Assembly: GCA_900548565.1 (NCBI GenBank)
Contig: URKV01000001.1
Coordinates: forward strand, 4,774 to 68,773
Reading direction: 5' to 3'
DNA: 64,000 nt
From: an uncultured Collinsella sp.
GTDB taxonomy: Bacteria > Actinomycetota > Coriobacteriia > Coriobacteriales > Coriobacteriaceae
Part shown: positions 36,451-45,144 of the stretch, in pieces
Numbering within the stretch: the stretch's first letter is position 1
Layout: the number at the start of each line of letters is the position of its first letter
Translations under genes and position numbers: made by a program
Notes under the pieces: model-generated
Told to the model about the DNA's origin: nothing
The model's input: the letters and a program-made list of their open reading frames with translations, nothing else
Databases searched by the model: none

Positions 36451-37182
36451 CTAGAACATGCCCAAGAAACCATGCACAAACAGCGCGGCCAGAGCAGCAC
36501 CGATAAACGGAGCGATGCCAGGAACGAGCAGGCCGTACTTCCAGTTGTTGTCAGCCTTGTTCTTGATCGGCAGCACCTGATAAGCCATGCGAGGACCAAG
36601 GTCACGAGCCTGGTTCATGGCGAAGCCGGTGATGCCGCCCATACCCATGCCAACAGCCCAAACGATCAGACCCACGCAGATAGCAAGCATCAGAACGTTC
36701 TCACCAGCACGGCTAGCAGCGGCGAGAATGGCGCTGATGAACACGAAGGTGCAGATAGCCTCGCAGAAGAAGTTGCGGGCATAGTTCGTGCCCTCGGTAG
36801 TGGGGTTGGTCGAGAAGATGTTGCGCTGGGCAATGGGGTCGACGACGCCCTCGGAAGCCTTGAACTCATCGGCATACATAAGCCAAGCGATTACGGCGCC
36901 CACAAAGCCGCCGAGCATATCAGCAACCATGAAGGGGATGCAACTGCTCCACGGCACCAGGCCGACGATGCACTGGGCAAGTACCATGGCGGGGTTCATG
37001 CACACGGCGCCGCCAAAGACAAACAGGCAAACCGAGATGCCAAAAGACCAGGTGGTGATGGCAAACATGTGGCCGGAGCCCTGATACTTGGTGCCCTTAA
37101 GCACGGTATCGCAGTGCACGCCCACGCCAAAGATGATCATGAGGGCCGTTGCGCCGAATTCGCAGAGGAGTTTGGTAAGCAT
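36451..37182 (-). CDS. MIP/aquaglyceroporin channel, LarD/GlpF-like lactate channel
   Basis: CMNPA and AMNQARDLGPR motifs; directly downstream of larA. Confidence 0.88.
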   Translation of the reverse strand: MLTKLLCEFGATALMIIFGVGVHCDTVLKGTKYQGSGHMFAITTWSFGISVCLFVFGGAVCMNPAMVLAQCIVGLVPWSSCIPFMVADMLGGFVGAVIAWLMYADEFKASEGVVDPIAQRNIFSTNPTTEGTNYARNFFCEAICTFVFISAILAAASRAGENVLMLAICVGLIVWAVGMGMGGITGFAMNQARDLGPRMAYQVLPIKNKADNNWKYGLLVPGIAPFIGAALAALFVHGFLGMF

Positions 37183-37231
37183 AAAACCTTATCTTTCTTG
37201 TCGGTTATAAACGATTCGTTTAGGCCGCGTA

Positions 37232-38509
37232 CTAGTGCTGAGCGACGACAACGCCCAGGCCATCGGGAATGACGGCTACCTTGGCATCGGCACCCTTCAT
37301 CTCAAAGGCGAGCTTGAGCGCCTCATCGAGAGTGTTGACCGGCGTCATGTGCATATCCTTGATCATCTGGTGATCGCACAGGTCGGTAACCATGATCACA
37401 GGATGATGCGCCAGGATGCGGGCAAAGATCTGGCTCGTCCACTGGTCGGGCAGGGTCTCGTCCTTAGGACGGTCGATGCAGGCGCGCTCAAACTCTGCCG
37501 GATCATTGTCGGCGATGTTGTGATAGAAGCCCTCGCCACCGTGACCGTCGGCACAACCGGCGACATCGATGATCACGCCGCCCTCGGGAAGTGTGGCCTC
37601 GGCAGCACACATGCCCTTCACGGCCTGATAGATGTTCTGATCGAGCGGGTAGCCACCGTTGGTGGTAATGGCAATCTCGCACTCAACGGGCTCAACGCCT
37701 GCAAGGCTCTTCACGAACTCGCAGCCAGCCTCGTGTGCCTTGTGGATGTCACCAGCAAAGGAGCCGATGACCTCGTGCTTGCCGTTGAGCACCACGTTAA
37801 GCACAAAGGCGAGGTGAGCCATCTCGGCGGCGGCGAACATGTCCTCGCTCACATGGTTGTGGCACAGGTTGCCGGCACGCGAATGGGAATCGTTCACAAA
37901 CTGACCGTTGTGGTTGTACATGATGGTCTTGTAGCTGGCGATGCCAGGCAGGACGGACTTGCGGCTACCAGAGAAACCGGCAAAGAAGTGCGGCTCAATA
38001 AAGCCCTCGGCAAGCAGCAGATCGCAATCGGCAGCAATCTTGTTGATGATGCACTCGCCGCCAGAAGGCAGGGTGCCAATCTTTTTCATCATGCTGTCAT
38101 CGGTCGCGACGTGCATAACGATTTCCTCGTTGGCAACGATCTCCTCGCCGTACTTGTTGACGAGTTCCTCGTGCGTCGACGGACGATGCATACCCGTAGC
38201 AACCAAAATACGCACGCGAGCCTCGGGCGCAGCAGAATGGATGTGATGCAGCAGAATAGGCATCGTCACACGCGAGGGAACGGGACGCGTATGATCGGAG
38301 CTAATAATGACGATATCCTTCTTGCCAGCACAAAGCTCCTCGAGCGAAGGCGAGCCATAAGGGTTGGCAAGCGACTCCTCTACCAGCTCTTCCTGCGATT
38401 TTGTAGTCTTAAACTCGTTTTGATGACCTTCCATCACACCCGCGAAGTTCTTATCCTCGAGCTCCAGATGCAACGTCTTGTGGTCAAACGGCAGTTCACA
38501 TTCAAACAA
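37232..38509 (-). CDS. larA: Nickel-dependent lactate racemase LarA (TTG start at 38509)
   Basis: SDHTRP, ATGMHR, EPHFFAGFSGSRKS, YNH, GYPLDQNIYQAVKG, DQW, IPDG; about 425 aa from TTG after GAAGAGGG. Confidence 0.9.
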   Translation of the reverse strand: MFECELPFDHKTLHLELEDKNFAGVMEGHQNEFKTTKSQEELVEESLANPYGSPSLEELCAGKKDIVIISSDHTRPVPSRVTMPILLHHIHSAAPEARVRILVATGMHRPSTHEELVNKYGEEIVANEEIVMHVATDDSMMKKIGTLPSGGECIINKIAADCDLLLAEGFIEPHFFAGFSGSRKSVLPGIASYKTIMYNHNGQFVNDSHSRAGNLCHNHVSEDMFAAAEMAHLAFVLNVVLNGKHEVIGSFAGDIHKAHEAGCEFVKSLAGVEPVECEIAITTNGGYPLDQNIYQAVKGMCAAEATLPEGGVIIDVAGCADGHGGEGFYHNIADNDPAEFERACIDRPKDETLPDQWTSQIFARILAHHPVIMVTDLCDHQMIKDMHMTPVNTLDEALKLAFEMKGADAKVAVIPDGLGVVVAQH

Positions 38510-38692
38510 TGACGAGCGCCCTCTTCCTTTCAACTGACACACTAGATAAACCGTTGGAAGGATACGCCGCTCGCCGAAAAACACCACCGTCTACCGACCC
38601 ATTAACATAACGTTCATATTTGACCTATAACAAAACGGCCGCGATCCCAAACGGAACCGCGGCCAAAAAGCCCACACCGCACCCCACATTAG

Positions 38693-38865
38693 GCGCGAAG
38701 CGCGCCATATCCCCCCAGCCGCAATCCGCCGAAGACCGAGGACGAAGGGGCCCGACGGGTTTCCCTCTGAATGCATTCCGCAGCACGAAGCCCCATCAAA
38801 AAGCGCGAAGCGCACTATCTTTCCCCCAGCAGTAATCCGCCGAAGACCGAGGACGAAGGGGCCCG
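38693..38865 (+). repeat. Direct repeat pair, period about 111 bp
   Basis: Identical 32-mer AATCCGCCGAAGACCGAGGACGAAGGGGCCCG at 38723 and 38834, each preceded by GCGCGAAGCGC. Confidence 0.8.
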
Positions 38866-38981
38866 CCGTATGCCTGCTTTCCGGCGCACTCCGCAGGACG
38901 CAAGAAGCCCTCGCCGCACGAAGTGCGCAGCGAGGGCTTCTTGCATGTCCGAGGACGCGCCGGAAAGCAGGCATACGGCGG
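38863..38981. repeat. Long palindromic element, copy 2 (25-bp perfect arms)
   Basis: CCGCCGTATGCCTGCTTTCCGGCGC arms; core GCGCACTCCGCAGGACGCAA...TTGCATGTCCGAGGACGCGC shared with 36305-36429. Confidence 0.8.
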
Positions 38982-39009
38982 TCCCCGGTGAGAGCCACAG
39001 GGCTATCGA

Positions 39010-41835
39010 TTACCCCGTGTTTTGTAGACCCGCCGAGACGCCGGTCACAGTCGAAAGAATCAGGCTCATGTACTCAGCCTTCTTCTCCTCGGCCATCTCG
39101 TCCTGGTTCATACGCACCTCGCGAAGGGCGCGGACCTGGGCGATGGACAGGGCGTCGACGTAGGGGTTACGCACGCGAACGGCGCAGCCGAGCACGCGAC
39201 GACGCTGCAGCGGCCACTCATCACCGACGATGGCAAGGACCCACTTACGCGTGAGCTGCATCTCGGTGAAGACCTTCTTGGACAGATCATCGCGGTCGCC
39301 CAGGTGCAGATACATCTTGGCGATGCGCTGATCGGTCTTGGCGATCGACATCTCAATATTGTCGATAAAGGTGCGGAAGAACGGCCACTCTTGGTAGGCA
39401 GCCTTGAGCTGGTCAAGATCGCCAAGCTGCTCGCAGGCGGTGCCCAGGCCGTACCAAGCGGCCAGGTTAATGCGCGCCTGGCTCCAGCTGAAGATCCACG
39501 GAATGGTACGCAGGTCGTCGAGTGACTTCGCACCCAGACCGCGCTTGGCCGGACGCGAGCCGATCGGCAGCAGACCGACCTCGGTCAGCGGCGTCACGGT
39601 CGAGAACCACGGTGTAAAGTCCTCGGTGTTCAGCAGGTCCAGATAGCGCTCGTGGCTTGCGGTGTTGAGCTTCTCGGCCATATCCCAGAACTTCTGCGTG
39701 GTCTCGGTGTTGGTCTTCTCGACACTCGGGGCCGACTGCAAAAGCGTTGCGGCAGCAACGGACTCAACATGGCGCTGAGCCAGCGTGCGGTTGCCGTAAC
39801 GGGCAAAGATGACCTCGCCCTGCTCGGTGAGCTTAAAGAAGCAGTTGACCGAACCCTTGGGCTGCGCCAGCACGGCCTTGTTGGCCGGGCCGCCACCACG
39901 GCCCACGGCACCGCCGCGACCGTGCATGAGCACCAGGTCGATATCGTTCTTCTCGGCCCACTTGGCGATGCGCTCCTGCGCGGAGTGCAGCGCGAGCATG
40001 GCCGTGGTAGGACCGGCGTCCTTGGAGGAGTCGGAATAGCCCAGCATGACCTCCATGCGGCGGTTGGTCTGGGCAAGGCGCTTTTGCACCACGGGCAGCG
40101 TAAGCATCTGGTCGAGCACGTCGACGCAGCCCTCGAGGTCCTCGAGCTGCTCGAACAGCGGGATCACGTCGAGCTCGGGGACATCCTCCTCGTGTGCAAA
40201 GGACAGGTGGGCAAGCTCAAAGACGTCGGCCACATGCTGGGCACTCTTGGTAAACGAGATGATGTAGCGGTGCGCCATCTTCTTGCCGTAGCGCTTTTGG
40301 ATGGAGCCGATAGCGCGGAAGGTATCGATGACCTCGCGCGTCATGGGCTGCAGGTCGCCATGGATACCGTTCTCGTGGATATCCTTGAGGGCGCGGGCGT
40401 GCACCACGGAGTGCTGACGGAACTCCATCTCGACCATATGGAAGCCGAAGGACTCGACCTGCCAGATGATGGTCTGGACCGGACCGTAGGCGGCACGGAC
40501 GGCACCGCAGGCAGCAAGCGAACGCTGGACGACGCGCAGGTCATCCAGGAACTCGTCGGCGCTGTGGTACATGGTGTCGGTGATACGGCGCACAGTGGCG
40601 TTCAGACGGTCGGCCATGACGAGCATGACGGCACGATGCGGCTCGTGCTCGGAGATCAGCTCGGCACGGGCCGTGTACTGGGTGCTCATCTCGACCTGAT
40701 GGTTCCACAGGTTGATGAGCTCGGCAGACGGCTTGCTGTAGGTGGCCTCGAGCGTGAGGTTGCGGCCGATGCGGCGGCACTTGTCCTCGAGCTTGAGCAC
40801 CATGTGGGTAAAGTACTTGGCGGCGACCTCACGGCTCACCTTGGCGGTGACGTTGGGGTTACCGTCGCGGTCGGAACCGATCCAGCTGCCGGGATGGAAG
40901 AACGCCGGGCACAGCGGCGGCACGGTACCGGCCTTGTCGCCCAGCACCCAGTCGTCAAAACGACGATAGATGACGGGGATAACGTCGAACAGCGTGTTAT
41001 CAAAGATGTCGATGATGGTATCGGCTTCCTCGACCGGCGTGGGCTTCTTGAGCGCGATGGGGCTCGTACGCACCAGGGCGTCGATCTCCTGCAGCATATG
41101 GCGCTCGTTCTCCACCAGGTCGGAGCCGCCCAGACGCGGACGCTCCTCCAGCAGGTTGGAGATACGGCGAATCTTGCCCTCGACGGCCTTGCGACGGGCC
41201 TCAGTGGGATGCGCGGTAAAGACGGGATGGAACTCAAGCTTGCCGAGCAGCTCATTGGCACCCTCGACGCCCATCTCGTTTACCAACTGGTGATAGGCGA
41301 CGGTGAGTTCGTTGGCGGGATCGACCTCGGTATCGGTCGATGCGCCGGCCTCGCGCTCGCGCAGCTGCGCCACACGGTAGTTCTCCTCCGACAGGTTTGC
41401 CAAGTGGAAGAAGCTCGTAAAGGCGCGAACGATGACCTGCTGCTTATCAAGCGGCAGGCTGTCAATCAGATCGACGACTTCGCGAAACGCCACGGCGGTG
41501 GGCTCGTCGGCAGTGGGCACGCCCTGTTCGTCAACGGACTCGTCGGCAGCGCGGCTACCGGGGTTGCCAGCATTGGCCACAATCTCGGCTATCAAAATCT
41601 TGTCGAACAGGTCCGCGATCTCGGGATCATACTCGCTAAGCACACGACGTTCCAGGCGCAGGAACAGCGCCAGATTATCGCGCAGCTCCTCGGGGATCTC
41701 GATTTCGGCGAGACGCTCCCTGGACTCGGCATTCGAGCCGATTCGGTTAACGAGGCGGTTGACCACGGCAGCGACGCGCGCCGCGGCTTCGGGTACAGAC
41801 TGGTTGCTTAGGTTCTCAGCCACGTTTCCTCCCAT
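39010..41835 (-). CDS. ppc: Phosphoenolpyruvate carboxylase
   Basis: VFTAHPTE, WIGSDRDGNP, VMLGYSDSSKD, HGRGGAVGRGG, TEQGE, LRTIPW, GLQNTG. Confidence 0.96.
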   Translation of the reverse strand: MGGNVAENLSNQSVPEAAARVAAVVNRLVNRIGSNAESRERLAEIEIPEELRDNLALFLRLERRVLSEYDPEIADLFDKILIAEIVANAGNPGSRAADESVDEQGVPTADEPTAVAFREVVDLIDSLPLDKQQVIVRAFTSFFHLANLSEENYRVAQLREREAGASTDTEVDPANELTVAYHQLVNEMGVEGANELLGKLEFHPVFTAHPTEARRKAVEGKIRRISNLLEERPRLGGSDLVENERHMLQEIDALVRTSPIALKKPTPVEEADTIIDIFDNTLFDVIPVIYRRFDDWVLGDKAGTVPPLCPAFFHPGSWIGSDRDGNPNVTAKVSREVAAKYFTHMVLKLEDKCRRIGRNLTLEATYSKPSAELINLWNHQVEMSTQYTARAELISEHEPHRAVMLVMADRLNATVRRITDTMYHSADEFLDDLRVVQRSLAACGAVRAAYGPVQTIIWQVESFGFHMVEMEFRQHSVVHARALKDIHENGIHGDLQPMTREVIDTFRAIGSIQKRYGKKMAHRYIISFTKSAQHVADVFELAHLSFAHEEDVPELDVIPLFEQLEDLEGCVDVLDQMLTLPVVQKRLAQTNRRMEVMLGYSDSSKDAGPTTAMLALHSAQERIAKWAEKNDIDLVLMHGRGGAVGRGGGPANKAVLAQPKGSVNCFFKLTEQGEVIFARYGNRTLAQRHVESVAAATLLQSAPSVEKTNTETTQKFWDMAEKLNTASHERYLDLLNTEDFTPWFSTVTPLTEVGLLPIGSRPAKRGLGAKSLDDLRTIPWIFSWSQARINLAAWYGLGTACEQLGDLDQLKAAYQEWPFFRTFIDNIEMSIAKTDQRIAKMYLHLGDRDDLSKKVFTEMQLTRKWVLAIVGDEWPLQRRRVLGCAVRVRNPYVDALSIAQVRALREVRMNQDEMAEEKKAEYMSLILSTVTGVSAGLQNTG

Positions 41836-42080
41836 TCCTCCTTCTATGCACGTAACATGCGGTATTCATTATAGGCGCTTGAGAAATACTTTCGACACTG
41901 ATTGCGCTTTACCACACAAAAGTATTTTCTGCATTGCAAGGGTTTTTGCCCCAAATGGTCGTATTTCTCGGTGGGCGGCATATGCAAACGAGGGCATTCC
42001 GCATAAATGCGAAACACCCCCGTAACAATAGCTCTCCATGAGCAGGGCACGTTGGCAGGCCCGCAGCTCAAAAAGATGCG

Positions 42081-43400
42081 CTACAGGCGCTCGCGAACCG
42101 CCTCGACGACGTTGGCCAGATCGGCAAGGACCTCGTCATGGCTCTCCATGTCGCGCACTTTGACCTTGCCGGCGGCAAGCTCGTCGCCACCCAGGACTAG
42201 GATGAGCTTAGCGCCCACCTTATCGGCCTGTTTAAACTGGGCCTTGAGCGAACGGCCCTGATAGTCAGCCTCGGTCACGATGCCTGCGGCGCGAAGCTCC
42301 TGCGTAATGGCAAAGACGTTCTGGCGCAGTTCCTTGCCGGCGTTGGCGACATAGACGCACGGGGCCTCATCGGCACCCAAATCGCTGCCAAAGGCCTGCA
42401 GGGCCAGCAGGGCGCGCTCAAAACCAACGGCAAAGCCGACGCCCGCCGTGGGCTTGCCACCCTCGAGCTCGACCAGGCCGTCATAGCGGCCGCCGCCGCC
42501 GATGGAGCCGACGCCGGCGCCAGGGGCCTCGACCTCAAAGACAGTACGGGTGTAGTAGTCCAGGCCGCGCACCAGGGTGGGATCCTCGACATACTCGATA
42601 CCGGCGGCATCCAGATAGCGCTTGACCTGCTCGTAGTGCTCGTGGCACTCGTCGCACAGGTTGTCGCCCATCAGCGGGGCGTCGGCCATGATCTCGCGGC
42701 AGTGGTCGTTCTTGCAGTCAAAGGCACGCAGCGGGTTGAGCTCGGCGCGCTCGCGGCACTCATCGCACATCTCGTCTGCGTGATCGAGGATGAACTGCTT
42801 GACCTGCTCGCGGTAAGCCGGACGGCACTGGGCGTCACCCATCGAGTTGATGAGCAGACGAAGCTTGGAAAGGTCGAAGCCCAGGCGCTTGTAGAACTCC
42901 ATGAGCATGATGATGCACTCGGCGTCTGCCGCCGGATCGGGAGCGCCGAGCCACTCGATGCCCACCTGGTGGAACTGGCGCAGACGGCCCTTCTGGGGGC
43001 GCTCGCCGCGGAACATGGCCTCGGCATAGTAGGCCTTAAACGGCGTGGAGCCCTGAGGCACCAGGTTGTTCTCCACGACGGCGCGCACCACACCGGCCGT
43101 GCCCTCGGGGCGAAGCGCCAAGCGCTGCTTGGGCTTGAGCTTGGTATCGGTACCCTCGGTAAAGACGCGCTCCAGGTTGGCGCCGCTAAAGACGCGGAAC
43201 ATCTCCTTGCGCACGACGTCGGTCGACTGGCCGATACCGTGGACAAAGACGTCCACCTGCTCGATCGCGGGCGTCTCGATAGGCTTAAAGCCAAACGGCT
43301 CGAATACGCCGGCAGCGATCTGCTGCATCTTTTGCCAGGCGCGCATCTCGGCGCCGATAAGGTCGCGGGTTCCCTCCGCCTTCTGTGCCTGCATGGGCAA
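42081..43400 (-). CDS. hisS: Histidine-tRNA ligase
   Basis: GTRD, ALRPEGTAG, FRGERPQKGRLRQFHQ, LVRGLDYY, GGGRYDGL. Confidence 0.97.
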   Translation of the reverse strand: MPMQAQKAEGTRDLIGAEMRAWQKMQQIAAGVFEPFGFKPIETPAIEQVDVFVHGIGQSTDVVRKEMFRVFSGANLERVFTEGTDTKLKPKQRLALRPEGTAGVVRAVVENNLVPQGSTPFKAYYAEAMFRGERPQKGRLRQFHQVGIEWLGAPDPAADAECIIMLMEFYKRLGFDLSKLRLLINSMGDAQCRPAYREQVKQFILDHADEMCDECRERAELNPLRAFDCKNDHCREIMADAPLMGDNLCDECHEHYEQVKRYLDAAGIEYVEDPTLVRGLDYYTRTVFEVEAPGAGVGSIGGGGRYDGLVELEGGKPTAGVGFAVGFERALLALQAFGSDLGADEAPCVYVANAGKELRQNVFAITQELRAAGIVTEADYQGRSLKAQFKQADKVGAKLILVLGGDELAAGKVKVRDMESHDEVLADLANVVEAVRERL

Positions 43401-43458
43401 ACACCTTTCTTTTGTATCGCGTCATAGGTAACGGTCATTATACGGCACAAAGCAGCAA

Positions 43459-43520
43459 CGCGGCGGCGCATCTGACCGAACGAGGGTATGGGGACTCGTT
43501 CGGCCAGATGCACCGCCGCG
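43459..43520 (-). other. hisS leader hairpin (26-bp stem, loop UCCCCAUACC)
   Basis: The two mismatches on the plus strand become G-U pairs on the minus (sense) strand. Confidence 0.55.
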
Positions 43521-43830
43521 GCGACCGACCCGCATGCAACGAGGGGAAACGGATCGAGTTGTAAGCTCGTGGCCACCCGGCGAGACGAATGACGGTACGA
43601 GCATCCATTCGACTCCCTGGGCGGCCACAATGCCAACAACCGCAAGTCTTTCCCTTCCCGCCCAACAAATCGCAGATTCGACCGTATTGGGCGGGGATGC
43701 AGGTTGCGAGATACTCTACTTAGGTAAAGTGTACAAGCCAGAATATCCGACTGCAGATACAAAAACGGCCCGCATCCGCGGGCCGCAACACATTGTTAAC
43801 GATTGATGTCCTTATCTTGACGATTTAAAA

Positions 43831-44805
43831 CTACTGAGAACGACGGCGCAAAAAGTCGAAGTGCGTCTCGCTCAAGATAATCGAAAGAAAGATGAGCGCG
43901 AAGCCGGCGAGCAGGCGCGAGGTGAGCGCCTCCCCCATCAGCAGCACCGAGAACAGCACGCCCGAAGGCGACTCCATCGAAAGGAGCAGTGAGCCCGTCG
44001 AGGCCGAGACATGCGCCAGGCCGACGTTTTGGATGAGCAGAGCCGCGCATGTGCAACCAACCGAGAGAAACGCCATCGCGCTGATAAAGCTCGGCGTCCA
44101 CACGGACAGAGGCGCTTGGGTCTCGAATAGTAGCGACGTTGCCAGGCTCAGCACGCCGTTGCCCACAAACATCCAAAACGTGATGACGTTGATGTCCATT
44201 TTGCGACCGTACTTGGCAGTCACCGCCATCTGGATGGCGAAAAAGACCGCACCCGCCAGCGTAATGACATCACCGATGTTGAATTCAACGCTATCGAGCG
44301 CCACCAAGCCAATGCCCGCCAAGCACAGCAGCGCCGCGCCCAGGTTATAGCGGGTGAGTTTTTCGCCGCTCAGAAAATAGCTCGCGAACGGCACAACGAT
44401 GCAATACGTGCCCGTCAAAAAAGCATTCTTGCCCGCCGTGGTGTGCGCCAGACCGACTGTCTGCAGGGCGTAGGCGGCCCACATAAGTGCGCCCATGCCA
44501 AGTCCGACGATAAGGTTGCGGGCGTTGAGGTGCGCGATGATGCGCTTGTGGAAGATGAAAAACATGACCAACGCCGCAGGCAGAAAGCGCACGTAGAGCA
44601 GTTCGAACACCGGAATGGTGTCGAGCGCGTCCTTCATGGTCGTAAAGGAGTAGCCCCAGACGACTGCCACCGAAAGCAGCAGGACTTTCCAGAACAGCGG
44701 CGAGCGAGCGCCGGCGCCGCGGGAGGTGCCGCCCGCGCCCAGGTCCTCGCGAGCAACAGGGCTATCGGGCATCATTTCGATATTGTCAGTGGCATGCTGG
44801 GCCAT
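43831..44805 (-). CDS. DMT/EamA family transporter
   Basis: VWGYSF, QTVGLAHTTAGKNAFLT, GDVITL, MESP; about 10 TM. Confidence 0.9.
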   Translation of the reverse strand: MAQHATDNIEMMPDSPVAREDLGAGGTSRGAGARSPLFWKVLLLSVAVVWGYSFTTMKDALDTIPVFELLYVRFLPAALVMFFIFHKRIIAHLNARNLIVGLGMGALMWAAYALQTVGLAHTTAGKNAFLTGTYCIVVPFASYFLSGEKLTRYNLGAALLCLAGIGLVALDSVEFNIGDVITLAGAVFFAIQMAVTAKYGRKMDINVITFWMFVGNGVLSLATSLLFETQAPLSVWTPSFISAMAFLSVGCTCAALLIQNVGLAHVSASTGSLLLSMESPSGVLFSVLLMGEALTSRLLAGFALIFLSIILSETHFDFLRRRSQ

Positions 44806-44964
44806 AGGGCATCCTCGCGCTCAATCTGGGCGTGGTGTCCGCACGCGCATGGCTGCGTGCCGCCTCATGGTCAAATAAAAACAGGGCGCACCGGACCCCC
44901 GGTACGCCCCGCTACTGTAGCAACAACCAGCGTTGCATCGCAATCCAGCCCACTAAAGCGTTTT

Positions 44965-45132
44965 GTTCCGCCGTTCTACCGAACGGCGGACCGGCCGACG
45001 CTGCGCGAGCTGCATTCACACCAATCTGACGTTCAATTTCAAGGGCGCGACCAGAAGGTCAGCGCCCTCTCATTTCACGTCACCTTGGCGCAAATGCGGC
45101 TCGCTCGCTGACATTGCCGTAGCATCAGCGTT
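44965..45132 (-). repeat. 168-bp element, left copy (inverted relative to 50372-50539)
   Basis: Reverse complement shares GGCAATG.CAGCGAGCG, GACCTTCTGGTC and CGCGCAGCGTCG.C.GGTCCGCCGTTCG.TAGAACGGCGGAAC with the right copy. Confidence 0.75.
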
Positions 45133-45144
45133 TACATTGTTGCG

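Noticed and set aside
43401..43700. T-box riboswitch upstream of hisS (also checked upstream of aspS)
   Set aside because: No recognisable T-box (GGTGGNACC) antiterminator consensus on the sense strand; only generic hairpins
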